Source of the DNA: a virus
Taxonomy: Duplodnaviria; Caudoviricetes
Direction: 5' to 3' (one strand)
DNA length: 37,430 nucleotides
IMG/VR virus record: IMGVR_UViG_3300033475_000094
Location: 1-37,430 of that record
Positions 9,897 through 18,848 of the stretch are shown here, in pieces; position 1 is the stretch's first letter, and each line of letters starts with the position of its first letter. The position numbers and the translations under genes are program-made. The notes under the pieces were generated by a model that ran no database searches, was not told the DNA's origin, and saw only the letters and a list, made by a program, of their open reading frames with translations.

Positions 9897-10133
9897 ATGG
9901 GATATCTTATGCCTGATAGCGTTAAAGCCAATGAAGTTGAGTTGAGCACTATCCGTGAAGAATTGCGAGGATATGGAATTGCTCATGAGCGAGTTGATTC
10001 ATTAATGGTTGAGCTAATACAGGTAGGCCAGCAAGTTATTTGCGCCTCACTTGGTGAAGTAGCCGGCGCTACATCAATTGCCCCTGAGACGTTGAAGGTA
10101 CTGATCGCCACTCTAGTTGCCCATGGAAAATGA
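9897..10133 (+). CDS. hypothetical protein
   Basis: Start moved downstream of the + promoter (9897 or 9909); ATGA-coupled to the next ORF. Confidence 0.6.
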   Translation: MGYLMPDSVKANEVELSTIREELRGYGIAHERVDSLMVELIQVGQQVICASLGEVAGATSIAPETLKVLIATLVAHGK

Positions 10134-10342
10134 GAAAATACGATCCTGACAAGTTGTTGAGTCTGATGAATTTTCTCTGCTGGTACCAGCAGGACCAACC
10201 AGGAGCCTATTGGGGCGGCGTTCCCATAGAAACTGCTATGCAAGGGCTACAACATGTGCTAGGCCTTGATGATGAGGCCTTTGAGTTGCTTAAGCAAGTA
10301 TCTTTGGGCACATACACTCCAGGGGAGCCAAAAAATGACTAA
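10130..10342 (+). CDS. hypothetical protein
   Basis: Overlap-coupled to both neighbours. Confidence 0.65.
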   Translation: MRKYDPDKLLSLMNFLCWYQQDQPGAYWGGVPIETAMQGLQHVLGLDDEAFELLKQVSLGTYTPGEPKND

Positions 10343-10532
10343 GTGGGATATTTACGGCGTTGATGGTAAGATCGGCGTCTTAGAGGCTGTTACGTACGAG
10401 CTTGCCAGAGATGCGGCAAGAAAACAGTATCCCGAACTCGGTAATCGTGTTCGGGTCTACAGAGCCAAGGTGGAGCAAGAGAAGACATCTACTCGTGCTG
10501 AACGTCTTGCTCGCCGAATCCCTCGCCGCTAG
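10335..10532 (+). CDS. hypothetical protein (MTKWDIYG...)
   Basis: GGGGAG RBS before ATG 10335; ends just before the convergent hairpin. Confidence 0.65.
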   Translation: MTKWDIYGVDGKIGVLEAVTYELARDAARKQYPELGNRVRVYRAKVEQEKTSTRAERLARRIPRR

Positions 10533-10540
10533 CCGTCTAG

Positions 10541-10569
10541 AAAAAGGGCTGGGAATGACCCAGCCCTTC
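10541..10569. terminator. hairpin between convergent units
   Basis: AAGGGCTGGG-AATGA-CCCAGCCCTT; U-run on the minus strand. Confidence 0.7.
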
Positions 10570-10575
10570 GTTGCG

Positions 10576-11199
10576 TTAGCTTGCTGCCTTTTCCGTCTCT
10601 TGCTCTGCGAGCTTGAGAATAACAGCGCTCTTAGCAGTTTCCTGTGCCTCAGTCACCAGCTCAACGGCCATCGCCGCATTGCTAGCTTGTAGCTCACGAA
10701 GAGCAGTGAGCCGATTGGCGACGAACTGGTCGATCTCCGTCATTGTTGATGAGATTGCATCCTCGGTTGCCTTGGCGCTGGTCACCATAACCTTCGTGAG
10801 GCTAACCATCCGAGTACGGACCTCAATGGCATAATTGGCGAAGGTGTCCCGTTGAATTTGCAGATTTTCGTTCTGGGTCTTGAGGAACGAAATCTGGTCG
10901 TTGAGCCGGAGGATTTCGGCGGCATGATGTTTGCGGTCTTCCTCGATCTGCGCAATGCCCGCCGCATTGACGTCACGAAGCTCCAACACTTCCTGCTCGA
11001 GTGCCGTCTGATGCAATACAGCGGCTTCCATCATGTTAGCTGGCACCGGCGGTGGAGGCGGGGCATGTTCCAGCTCGGGAGCCACCCGATGCAAGCGAGC
11101 ATCTTCAAGTGGCATCGTCGAAGGTGGCGGCACCGGCATGGCCGCCACGGTAGGCAAACGATTGTCTTTCATGGCTTCTCTCCTGGTAGTTGTTGCCAT
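10576..11199 (-). CDS. coiled-coil hypothetical protein with Pro-rich N-terminus
   Basis: 207 aa, heptad-like Ala/Glu/Gln-rich C-terminal part; GGGGAG RBS. Confidence 0.75.
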   Translation of the reverse strand: MATTTRREAMKDNRLPTVAAMPVPPPSTMPLEDARLHRVAPELEHAPPPPPVPANMMEAAVLHQTALEQEVLELRDVNAAGIAQIEEDRKHHAAEILRLNDQISFLKTQNENLQIQRDTFANYAIEVRTRMVSLTKVMVTSAKATEDAISSTMTEIDQFVANRLTALRELQASNAAMAVELVTEAQETAKSAVILKLAEQETEKAAS

Positions 11200-11462
11200 T
11201 AATCTCCCCTTCCTTTTGGAGTGGATGTTGGTACTTTCCGTTTGCGGGCAACCGGGGACTTCTGCTGCAAGCTGTACCAGCCAAGAGCATTCATCGCCTT
11301 GGTTAAATCCAACGGTGATGAGCCGTCCTTCGGTTGTTCGCCAAGCAGCAAGAAAACGGCGACGTTTTTCTTGTCCTTCTGCTTGAATGAGACACTTAAT
11401 CCGGGTTGCACATGAGTGAAGCTACCCATCGTGACTATATCGCCGTTAACAGGTCCTCGCAT
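11199..11462 (-). CDS. hypothetical protein
   Basis: TAATG-coupled to the next ORF; downstream of promoter 11495-11522. Confidence 0.6.
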   Translation of the reverse strand: MRGPVNGDIVTMGSFTHVQPGLSVSFKQKDKKNVAVFLLLGEQPKDGSSPLDLTKAMNALGWYSLQQKSPVARKRKVPTSTPKGRGD

Positions 11463-11477
11463 TGGTCACAATCCCAT

Positions 11478-11522
11478 GAAAAAGCTCTAGCTGCATACTA
11501 ACAGCTAGAGCTACTTTGTCAA
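11478..11522 (-). promoter_or_regulatory. terminator hairpin with embedded sigma70 promoter
   Basis: AGCTCTAGCTG/CAGCTAGAGCT stem plus UUUU; TTGACA-N16-TAGTAT with the -10 in the loop. Confidence 0.6.
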
Positions 11523-11541
11523 GCCTACGAGTGACGTGATA

Positions 11542-11772
11542 TTATTTCGTTCTCTTAGGCAATATAACCAATTCATGGTAAGCCATGTGGCAGACGATGG
11601 CAAGCCAGTTCTCTTCTTCATTCGTAATTGGATCGCCGAGCTTACGTGCCATCGTCTCCAGGCGAGCGATAATCTTCTGTTCCATTTGATGACACTGTAT
11701 GACTTCTTCATCGGTCATTGCAAGCGCTTCCGAAGCCATTTCGTCCTGCAAGGCAGTAATCTTAGAGCCCAT
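11542..11772 (-). CDS. hypothetical early protein
   Basis: Own promoter 11799-11826 and CAACAAAGGAG leader. Confidence 0.75.
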   Translation of the reverse strand: MGSKITALQDEMASEALAMTDEEVIQCHQMEQKIIARLETMARKLGDPITNEEENWLAIVCHMAYHELVILPKRTK

Positions 11773-11849
11773 TTATCAACTCCTTTGTTGCGTTCAAGAC
11801 AATAGCGGGCCCGACCAAAAAGTCAAGTCCGCTATGGCACAAATTCAAA

Positions 11850-12125
11850 TTAGTAGGTCTTGGTAGTACGGACTTCCGTGCTCTTGCCGTCAATCTTGAT
11901 TCGGATTTCAAGGTTTGGATCAATCAACTCCTTGCCGTCCTTTACAAGTGCAAGAATTGATTGATATACTACCTCACCATAGGCCTTTTTCAAGGTCTCG
12001 GTACGCAAATCTTCAATATCAATGTTGTGTTCAATCTCAGTGCTGGGTAAAGGATTGAACACCTTAATGGTTGCGCCTTCTGGCGTGGTTTGCCACACCG
12101 TGGCCTTTATAGTATGATAGCTCAT
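11850..12125 (-). CDS. hypothetical protein
   Basis: Preceded by TACCAACAACGGAG leader. Confidence 0.65.
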   Translation of the reverse strand: MSYHTIKATVWQTTPEGATIKVFNPLPSTEIEHNIDIEDLRTETLKKAYGEVVYQSILALVKDGKELIDPNLEIRIKIDGKSTEVRTTKTY

Positions 12126-12181
12126 TTAAATTGGCCTTACTCCGTTGTTGGTAACTCAAACTAATTAGTTAAACGTTGATC

Positions 12182-12670
12182 TCACGGTTTCTTGGTGACC
12201 ACCGTAAGGGTACGCTGCAAGGGTGGCGGTGCTGCCTCCATACCCTTAGCAACCATCAAGACAAGATTGCCAAGGGAGCGGTATCCGGAATCGTTGCCCG
12301 CAAGATGCATTATAGTTTGAGCCGACTGTAAAGCCAACACATATTCTGCTGGATTGTCGGATTTTGGCAGGTCAATCATCACCGTAGTGACGTTAGGATC
12401 AACGTTCTTTTTATTATGGGAACGTTCAAGCCGGATTGCCTTAATGGCTTTGCCAACTAAGGTCTCGTGAATTTCCAAGGCGGCGGCGATCTCGGCGGGT
12501 TTTGCGCAGAGATGTTTCTCGCAATAGTCCCGCACTCGTTCAACCGTGTATGCTGATGGCTTGCCTTGGCCAAACCTGCGAGCTGAGTCCAGCATGTCCT
12601 GCGGAGGTTTGTTTTCGTTGATGTCTTTCATAACAGCCCTTACTTTGATTGGTGCCTTTAATATAAGCAC
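12182..12670 (-). CDS. putative HTH DNA-binding protein (start uncertain)
   Basis: KPAEIAAALEIHETLVGKAIKAIR fits a helix-turn-helix pattern. Confidence 0.55.
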   Translation of the reverse strand: MLILKAPIKVRAVMKDINENKPPQDMLDSARRFGQGKPSAYTVERVRDYCEKHLCAKPAEIAAALEIHETLVGKAIKAIRLERSHNKKNVDPNVTTVMIDLPKSDNPAEYVLALQSAQTIMHLAGNDSGYRSLGNLVLMVAKGMEAAPPPLQRTLTVVTKKP

Positions 12671-12673
12671 CGA

Positions 12674-12853
12674 TTACTTGGTCGTCAATTGACCATTGGT
12701 AACATAGGTTTCATAATTGAGTGCCTCCACGATGTAGTCAGCGTTAGTTTCTTTGTAGATCAGCCCGCAAAGATATTCCCGATTATCTTCGCCAATTGTC
12801 CAAAGTTCAAACCCACCAAATACTCGACGATAAAACCATTCACCAGGTTTCAT
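12674..12853 (-). CDS. hypothetical 59-aa protein (not in track)
   Basis: MKPGEWFYRRVFGGFELWTIG...; ATGA overlap with upstream stop. Confidence 0.6.
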   Translation of the reverse strand: MKPGEWFYRRVFGGFELWTIGEDNREYLCGLIYKETNADYIVEALNYETYVTNGQLTTK

Positions 12854-13053
12854 TGATCATTATCCGCTTTAGTTGGTATTGCGTCGTTGAGATCTTCCAC
12901 CAGATGCTGAGTGGCCGATAACTGGTGGCGCAGCAAGCTTAACATATCGTCACGCCCTTTTGCTAGTGTGGAAGACCGCTCGACTAGCCAATGCAAGACT
13001 GTCATAATAGCGACGTCGTTTACCAGCTTGGCCTTATCAATCTCGTTGGCCAT
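12850..13053 (-). CDS. hypothetical protein (MANEIDKAKL...)
   Basis: GGAG RBS before ATG 13053; tight operon packing. Confidence 0.6.
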   Translation of the reverse strand: MANEIDKAKLVNDVAIMTVLHWLVERSSTLAKGRDDMLSLLRHQLSATQHLVEDLNDAIPTKADNDQ

Positions 13054-13234
13054 CTTCAAACTCCGCCAAAGCATCAACTGCACGACGAACGGCTGCATAT
13101 CGTTCATTATAATAGTTCTGTGCCCGGAGATGCTGTTCTTCCTTGCGTTGCAAATCAAGAGCAGCAATATGCAGGCGGCGTTGGGCTCGCTCTAAATCCC
13201 GCAAGGCTCCTGCATGTGCTCTATTAATCTTCAA
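13037..13234 (-). CDS. hypothetical helical protein
   Basis: GGAGG RBS before TTG start. Confidence 0.6.
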   Translation of the reverse strand: MKINRAHAGALRDLERAQRRLHIAALDLQRKEEQHLRAQNYYNERYAAVRRAVDALAEFEDGQRD

Positions 13235-13249
13235 CTGGAATACCTCCGT

Positions 13250-13627
13250 CTATTTGCGGTGCTTGTCCAGAAAATCTTGTGGCAAGCCGTCGGTCAGTTC
13301 GATGGGTAATGCGTCGGTCTCGTTGAGATAAACGGCGACTGCCGACTTAATGCCACTACCAATCTGCATCCACATACCATCTGCCATTGAGACCAATCCC
13401 CAACGATGGGTGTCCAACAGTTTCGGCGGATCAATACCAAAATTTCGTTCGATACGTTTGTCGTCTTCCGTCTCCAAGGAGGTGCGATGGCGCCACGAGA
13501 TCATCCACAGACCTGTGACACCTGTATCCGTCTTGCGGACAAGACGGCCAGGATTGATGTCTTTCTCTTCCCATTGAACTTTCATAGTTCCTCTATATGT
13601 TGGAGTGGTAATATAGAATTTGAACAT
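13250..13627 (-). CDS. hypothetical protein (alternative start 13585)
   Basis: Operon packing; GAGGA RBS before 13585. Confidence 0.65.
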   Translation of the reverse strand: MFKFYITTPTYRGTMKVQWEEKDINPGRLVRKTDTGVTGLWMISWRHRTSLETEDDKRIERNFGIDPPKLLDTHRWGLVSMADGMWMQIGSGIKSAVAVYLNETDALPIELTDGLPQDFLDKHRK

Positions 13628-13732
13628 TCACCTGATCCGTTTCCAGGCGCCGAAGTCGATCCATACTCGAATGTGAGGAACTGGCCAAATGTACCAACGC
13701 AGCCTAATCGCTTTCCAAAGACGCCAGCTCAT
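13628..13732 (-). CDS. 34-aa Trp/Arg-rich peptide (not in track)
   Basis: MSWRLWKAIRLRWYIWPVPHIRVWIDFGAWKRIR; ATGA-coupled upstream, TGAATG-coupled downstream. Confidence 0.5.
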   Translation of the reverse strand: MSWRLWKAIRLRWYIWPVPHIRVWIDFGAWKRIR

Positions 13733-13941
13733 TGTCGGGTCTCCCATGGACAGGTTTCAAGTTGCCGTTTCTTCCAGGCCTTCGCCTCCTTCATGCTCTG
13801 AACAATTGTGACGTCCAGAACTACTACAGTTTTGTCACCAAGCTGAGGTGAGCCACGGCTGAGGACCGCCATGTATCCATCATTCTGCGGCTGGCGCTTT
13901 TCCCGTGCCACAGTTAGATAGATCCGGTCCTCCGCCATCAA
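13729..13941 (-). CDS. hypothetical protein
   Basis: Coupled to neighbours. Confidence 0.65.
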   Translation of the reverse strand: MMAEDRIYLTVAREKRQPQNDGYMAVLSRGSPQLGDKTVVVLDVTIVQSMKEAKAWKKRQLETCPWETRQ

Positions 13942-14114
13942 TCAACCTTCATCTTCGCATGAAGCAGGTCCGTATAGGCCTTGGTACAGCGGTCGGCAAG
14001 GCGGCCGTCACCAGCAGACAATTCCAGGTAATGATCAAAGATCAGATCACGGAGACATGGCGAGACCTTGTCGGGCTTAAAGGAAAGCATCTGTTCAAAT
14101 TCAACCGACGTCAT
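13938..14114 (-). CDS. hypothetical protein (MTSVEFE...)
   Basis: AAGGTGG RBS before ATG 14114. Confidence 0.6.
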   Translation of the reverse strand: MTSVEFEQMLSFKPDKVSPCLRDLIFDHYLELSAGDGRLADRCTKAYTDLLHAKMKVD

Positions 14115-14427
14115 TTGCCACCTTCTTGAGCTTCTTGCCCTGCTTGGACACAATCTTCACCACCTGTTTCATGCTGGTGGTGGTATTGGCCCGAATGAAC
14201 TGCTTGGAGAGCTTGGCCCGAACCGCCTTCATATTGAGCCTCTTCTCTTCGTACTCCGCCATCGTGGCTCTGTAGAAGACGCCCTCGTAACTTCCAGGAC
14301 CAGCCTTCTTGATTCTCTTCTTGAGGACCTCAGCTTTTGCGATCCAGTCCGCCGCCTCAGCGAGATAATATCCGAGTAAGTCGACATCGTTCTTGGAGAT
14401 ACGGGCAAGCTTGACAACCTTCGCCAT
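14101..14427 (-). CDS. basic hypothetical phage protein
   Basis: GAGGA RBS, TAATG coupling; D.LG...YEG.FYRAT pattern resembles a recurrent phage family. Confidence 0.75.
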   Translation of the reverse strand: MAKVVKLARISKNDVDLLGYYLAEAADWIAKAEVLKKRIKKAGPGSYEGVFYRATMAEYEEKRLNMKAVRAKLSKQFIRANTTTSMKQVVKIVSKQGKKLKKVANDVG

Positions 14428-14594
14428 TATTTAATCCTCAGTGCTTTGACGTGACAGGGGAACTCGGCATAAAGCCAAATGAAAATGTTCTTGAACACCG
14501 GGAGTTCAGTACCTGTAAACTCAACCGTGCGCTCATTGGACCCGTTTTTCTGGGTCACCAATTCGACAGTAATGATATTCTTTTGGTCTGACAT
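14427..14594 (-). CDS. hypothetical 55-aa early protein (not in track)
   Basis: MSDQKNIITVELVTQKNG...; follows promoter 14621-14648 and leader CTACCAACTAAGGAG. Confidence 0.7.
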   Translation of the reverse strand: MSDQKNIITVELVTQKNGSNERTVEFTGTELPVFKNIFIWLYAEFPCHVKALRIK

Positions 14595-14671
14595 ACACCC
14601 GGCTCCTTAGTTGGTAGCCCAGTATAGCACATCAGGCCAAGCTGTCAACCCTATGAGTTGACGCTATTTCA

Positions 14672-14965
14672 TTAACTTCTTGCTAACCGCCGCCCCTGAG
14701 ACCCAAGGGTGATGGTCAATCCCTGCCGTGATCTTCCAAGTACAATAATCTTCTTTTTTACCAGTATCACGAGGGACCCGCTGGTAGCCCTATGACGAAG
14801 ATATTGAGGCATATCCATCATCATGCGAGCAAACTGACGTTTCCACAAGTCGCTCTGGTAGCACATGTCATCCTGTCTCTTCAGGATATAGAAGAGGGCA
14901 TGGGAGAATGCAACGGCGTTAAGGATCCGTGCTGCTTTGCTGCTCATTTGCTGATTGTACTCCAT
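14672..14965 (-). CDS. hypothetical basic protein
   Basis: ORF track; last gene of its unit. Confidence 0.5.
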   Translation of the reverse strand: MEYNQQMSSKAARILNAVAFSHALFYILKRQDDMCYQSDLWKRQFARMMMDMPQYLRHRATSGSLVILVKKKIIVLGRSRQGLTITLGSQGRRLARS

Positions 14966-15180
14966 AGACGGCCCATTTCAGCACAATGCTCAATAAGCCG
15001 CATCTTCTCCACCCGCTCCATTTCGCGGGCAGCCTTTATTAATACTTCACTCAAAGGCGTGCTTGGTGAACAGGTCACCCAAATGGAGAAATCGCCGATC
15101 TTAACCAGCCTGGCGAACAAGAGCCCCTCACTTCGAGTCGTCGTACTCTGCGGCGTCATGACCTTTACGGTAGCCAGCAT
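14944..15180 (-). CDS. hypothetical protein (start uncertain)
   Basis: Overlaps both neighbours. Confidence 0.45.
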   Translation of the reverse strand: MLATVKVMTPQSTTTRSEGLLFARLVKIGDFSIWVTCSPSTPLSEVLIKAAREMERVEKMRLIEHCAEMGRLWSTISK

Positions 15181-15301
15181 TATGCGCTTCTACAAGCGCC
15201 TTTGCAAGCGCTTCAACAAATTTCTTGTGCTGCTTTTCGCTGAGCTTTACGCCATAGGTCGCAGCAAGTTCTTTTGCCGCCTTAACAGCGCTATACTCCA
15301 T
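15128..15301 (-). CDS. hypothetical protein (MEYSAVKAAK...)
   Basis: AAGGAG RBS before ATG 15301. Confidence 0.65.
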   Translation of the reverse strand: MEYSAVKAAKELAATYGVKLSEKQHKKFVEALAKALVEAHNAGYRKGHDAAEYDDSK

Positions 15302-15323
15302 ACGTCTCCTTTCTACATCACAT

Positions 15324-15356
15324 AAGAAGAGACCCCAGGGGCGGCCTGGGGTCTCC
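15324..15356 (-). terminator. intrinsic terminator
   Basis: GAGACCCCAGG/CCTGGGGTCTC followed by UUCUU. Confidence 0.65.
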
Positions 15357-15405
15357 CACCTCGTCACCGAGACATGGGATGGGGGGCTGCTCGGCGACGG
15401 AGTGA

Positions 15406-15666
15406 CTACTTGGCGCCGACTCCTGCGTTGCTGCCGCCGGCATAGTTGAACACGCCGTTGTCGCGAGGATCGATCTGCTTCATGTAGAGCGGCGAAGTGT
15501 CGACATAGGGATGAAGCGAGCCGACGTAGATCACATGAGCCTGGCAGGCGGCCAGGGACGTGGCCTGCTGGCAAATGGGATCGCCCAGGGACGTGGGAAG
15601 GGTGGTGGCGGCGGCCGAGACGATGGAACCGATAAACAAAAGACCCACGATTGCAAACTTGCGCAT
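15406..15666 (-). CDS. small exported protein
   Basis: GGAGG RBS; signal-peptide-like MRKFAIVGLLFIGSIVSAAA; Cys pair. Confidence 0.7.
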   Translation of the reverse strand: MRKFAIVGLLFIGSIVSAAATTLPTSLGDPICQQATSLAACQAHVIYVGSLHPYVDTSPLYMKQIDPRDNGVFNYAGGSNAGVGAK

Positions 15667-15873
15667 TAGCACCTCCAAGGTTTTGTTAAAGCCCCTATTG
15701 GCTTAACGTATGCTAGACATATTATAGCATCGTTTCTGTTTGTCAACTCAAGAGTTACACGAATTCGTTATTATGGGTTTGGTTATTAGTTTGAATTAAC
15801 CCTAAGAAAAACCCCGGGCGTAGCCGGGTTCTTGAAATCACTTCATTGTTACCGTGCGTCAATCTCCATGACT

Positions 15874-16149
15874 CTACCCAATCTGCCTGTCGGCTGTATT
15901 GCCCTTGATCCGCTTCCGATCCTTGGAGGACGGGCGGGTGTCGGGCCTGCCACCATTGCGGTCGTAATTCTCTTCCGCCTTGATAATGGCTTCGCCAATT
16001 TCATCAAGAAGCTTGAGACGTTCTTGCAACCAGGGCGTCATTTGGTCGTTGTCATACTGCTCGCCAAACTGGTTGACGATTTCCTCAAGCACCCGCCCTT
16101 GGTGGCGAGTGATCTTAATGTGGATAATACCCTTGGGTGGCGCTGTCAT
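15874..16149 (-). CDS. hypothetical protein
   Basis: ATGA coupling. Confidence 0.6.
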   Translation of the reverse strand: MTAPPKGIIHIKITRHQGRVLEEIVNQFGEQYDNDQMTPWLQERLKLLDEIGEAIIKAEENYDRNGGRPDTRPSSKDRKRIKGNTADRQIG

Positions 16150-16337
16150 TCAATTACCAACACAACTCTGGAGCCATGGCACCGAGAGCATTCCTTATCA
16201 ATCCGCAGAAAGAAGCTCGTGACGGTACCCTTGCCATGGCATTTGCCACAGCGCTGAATACGGGCATCAATGCCGTTTGCCCTCAACCTGACATTGGCGC
16301 CCGCGATTTCAAGATCCAGTTCGTTGTCCGAACTCAT
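16146..16337 (-). CDS. small DnaJ-type zinc-finger protein
   Basis: CGKCHGKG...CSRCHGS (CxxCxGxG repeats). Confidence 0.65.
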   Translation of the reverse strand: MSSDNELDLEIAGANVRLRANGIDARIQRCGKCHGKGTVTSFFLRIDKECSRCHGSRVVLVIE

Positions 16338-16567
16338 GCCTGCCTCGGATCGTCTCGCCGCATTTCACCCTGTTGCAGCCGCCACACGCCAGTGACCGGC
16401 GTCGCAACTTCCAGTGATCCGTCAGGTCGCCACTTGAAAGTGGCATCGCCGACATTGCCTGCGAGCAGCGAGCCGACAATATCCAGCGTTGCCAGACAGC
16501 GAGCCGCTGCTTCAAGCTGCTGTTTGGTGAAGATGTGCCGTTCAACCGTTGTTTCAGTTCCTGTCAT
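16334..16567 (-). CDS. hypothetical protein (MTGTETT...)
   Basis: GAGGG RBS; ATGA coupling. Confidence 0.6.
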   Translation of the reverse strand: MTGTETTVERHIFTKQQLEAAARCLATLDIVGSLLAGNVGDATFKWRPDGSLEVATPVTGVWRLQQGEMRRDDPRQA

Positions 16568-16766
16568 GCCGCCCTCTTGACCTGTCGTCTTGAATGATGA
16601 TGTCGGCACATTTGCCAACTCGTAACAAGCACTTGCCGTTAAGATTAATCCACAGCTTGTGCTCGGCGTCGATAATCACCTCAACCTGGGCGGCCTCATG
16701 AAGGTCGACCAGTTCAAAATCTTGAGTATGAGAGGAATGATCGCGACCAATTCTCAGCTTGGCCAT
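16554..16766 (-). CDS. hypothetical protein (MAKLRIG...)
   Basis: GGAG RBS; TGATG coupling. Confidence 0.6.
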   Translation of the reverse strand: MAKLRIGRDHSSHTQDFELVDLHEAAQVEVIIDAEHKLWINLNGKCLLRVGKCADIIIQDDRSRGRHDRN

Positions 16767-16924
16767 CAGAATTTCACTCCCTGGAAGATCTTTTCCCGAT
16801 CCGCCGCATCGATCCAGGACCAGGACCGCTTGATTTCTTCCCACACCATGTCGGTGCCTCTGGACTTGCGCCGGTTAATCCATTTCTGCAGCGAGTTGAT
16901 CTGCAGGGTAACGTCTCTCGCCAC
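16766..16924 (-). CDS. hypothetical 52-aa protein (GTG start, not in track)
   Basis: AGGAGG RBS; downstream of promoter 16966-16994. Confidence 0.6.
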   Translation of the reverse strand: MARDVTLQINSLQKWINRRKSRGTDMVWEEIKRSWSWIDAADREKIFQGVKF

Positions 16925-16991
16925 TTGCCGCCCTCCTAAAATTTGATGTTGTTCACTGCGGCTCTAGTGTAACACCACAAGAGCCGCTTGT

Positions 16992-17207
16992 CTAGCTCTT
17001 GATCCTGCGCTCCACCTTCCAGCCCGCCGGCACACGAATGCAGTTGCGGAATTCATTGAAGTGAAATTGCCGAAATTGAAATGGATGTTCATTTACAGGT
17101 CGTACGGTAACGACCTTCAACCACATGCCGTACACCCAGATTTCGTCGTTGGCCTTGATGCTGTCAGCTGAAACAGTATCAATCTCGGACTTCTTGCGCT
17201 CTGTCAT
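16992..17207 (-). CDS. hypothetical protein
   Basis: ATGA coupling. Confidence 0.6.
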   Translation of the reverse strand: MTERKKSEIDTVSADSIKANDEIWVYGMWLKVVTVRPVNEHPFQFRQFHFNEFRNCIRVPAGWKVERRIKS

Positions 17208-17443
17208 GCCTCAATACCCTTGTGCTTGAGATAGGCCATCCAGCCCTTGTAGCGAGCATCCCAGCCATTGGCGGCAGAACCATGCCAGTAGAACTTCTCA
17301 GGACCGTGGAACTCCCAATTGTCCTTGTGGAAATGGTAAGTCCAGGCATCCTTACGGAGATTGACTTTTGGGAAATGCTTCTTGACCAGCTTGTGCGCTT
17401 CCTTGAGCAGTGCCAAACAAAAGGCGACATCCATGCTAGCCAT
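17204..17443 (-). CDS. hypothetical Trp-rich protein
   Basis: AAGGAG RBS. Confidence 0.65.
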   Translation of the reverse strand: MASMDVAFCLALLKEAHKLVKKHFPKVNLRKDAWTYHFHKDNWEFHGPEKFYWHGSAANGWDARYKGWMAYLKHKGIEA

Positions 17444-17624
17444 CCAGAATCTCCTTGTGCAGCTTCACGAGACGGTAGACCCGCCGTGGATTGCCCATGC
17501 GGCATTCATGCAGAACGCCCCTGGCGCCCTGTTCGCTGATCTGCGTTGGCTTGTGGATGGCGTTGGTGGACACCCAAACTCCGGAGGAGTTCACCACCTC
17601 AATGTGGTATGCATATTCCGCCAC
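17436..17624 (-). CDS. hypothetical protein (GTG start)
   Basis: AGGAGG RBS before GTG 17624. Confidence 0.55.
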   Translation of the reverse strand: MAEYAYHIEVVNSSGVWVSTNAIHKPTQISEQGARGVLHECRMGNPRRVYRLVKLHKEILDG

Positions 17625-17725
17625 GTTCAGCCTCCTGTGGGACCGTTGCACGCCGCTGGTGGTCCCGTTACCCCTGGATGTCCTGCGGGCTTCGTAAGTT
17701 TCCGCAGGGTGGCGTTAAACTGAAG

Positions 17726-17908
17726 TTAGGCGGCCTTCTTGCCCTTGTGCAGCTCATCCTCGGGGACAAGCCGGGCGCCACGGGCAGCAAGTTCGCCCTC
17801 GAGCATCTTGACCAGCTTCTGCTTGTCCTCGGTGAGATCCATCACTTCCACTGCCCGAAGACCGTGCAGCAGGAGAGCGACTTGGTTGGTCTTAAGTTGA
17901 CGAAACAT
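17726..17908 (-). CDS. hypothetical protein
   Basis: CCAACAAAGAGG leader variant. Confidence 0.65.
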   Translation of the reverse strand: MFRQLKTNQVALLLHGLRAVEVMDLTEDKQKLVKMLEGELAARGARLVPEDELHKGKKAA

Positions 17909-18006
17909 TCTTCAGCCTCTTTGTTGGAATTGAATAAAGAGTAAAATGGGGCGGCCCACCTTAAGGAATCTCATGTGGCCATTTGCCGTTAGCCGCCCTT
18001 CACTTC

Positions 18007-18171
18007 CTACCAGGTCCGAACTTTTAGTCGGGACCGCATTACCCCATCAACCGGGGATCCTTCAACGTGCAGGACCTGGATTTTATCCTGCACGGCTGCC
18101 TGGATTTCCAACTCCCGTTTCAAACGCCTGGCAACACGGCGACGGGCTTGGGACACTCTAAACCATAGCAC
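18007..18171 (-). CDS. hypothetical 54-aa protein (GTG start, not in track)
   Basis: Follows promoter 18193-18220 and AAGGAG; short SD spacing. Confidence 0.45.
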   Translation of the reverse strand: MLWFRVSQARRRVARRLKRELEIQAAVQDKIQVLHVEGSPVDGVMRSRLKVRTW

Positions 18172-18290
18172 GCTCTCCTTCGTTATGTCGCCACTGTAGC
18201 AGCTTCCACAGCAGAGTCAACCCAAAAAGGAATGAAAATGTATCAAAAGATATTGCGGTGCAAAAGGGCGGAGTACTCCGCCCTTGCTTT

Positions 18291-18848
18291 TTATCCAAGC
18301 GTTATAGTTTCGAGACGACCGACCCGCTCGCGGATGCCGTTGTCCTTAAACTTCATCCGGCTGTGCCGGGTTGGCTTGTGTGCAGCAGCTTTTTCGGACG
18401 GCCGGGTCTTCTTGCCGTCCGAATCCGCAATTCGCTTGGTGCCCTGCGTACCGCGACCAAGCCGTTTGCTTGGTGCCTTGAACTTCTTGATGGTGAAGTC
18501 GAACATCTTGAAGAATTTGTTGTCGGTAAGGTCACCCGCGACAAACTGGGCCCGCATTGCCTTGGAGGTCTGATATCGAGTCCAGTGCGAACGATCCTTG
18601 GACATTACCAAGGTACGACTCTTGCCGACCTCCACTTCTGGTGAACCAGTCTCCCGCATAATGCCGCAAGCATAAATGCAATGGCCGAGATCGCCGGGAA
18701 TGCCCTTCTTCCAGTCCTCCTTGTTTGCAGTAATAGTCAGATCTTCAGGGGCGTCGAGAACAGGAAGACCCTTGTAAGTGTTGATAACATTTCTTTTCCG
18801 CTTAGCCACCTTTTTCGGGGCCTTCATGGTTATGCGCTTCTTCATCAT
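18291..18848 (-). CDS. basic hypothetical protein
   Basis: GGAGG RBS; 185 aa, Lys/Arg-rich termini. Confidence 0.75.
   Translation of the reverse strand: MMKKRITMKAPKKVAKRKRNVINTYKGLPVLDAPEDLTITANKEDWKKGIPGDLGHCIYACGIMRETGSPEVEVGKSRTLVMSKDRSHWTRYQTSKAMRAQFVAGDLTDNKFFKMFDFTIKKFKAPSKRLGRGTQGTKRIADSDGKKTRPSEKAAAHKPTRHSRMKFKDNGIRERVGRLETITLG

Noticed and set aside
18158-18166. ATG-GTT-TAG minigene after AAGGAG
   Set aside because: Cannot be distinguished from the overlapping 54-aa GTG ORF without Ribo-seq, so it is not claimed
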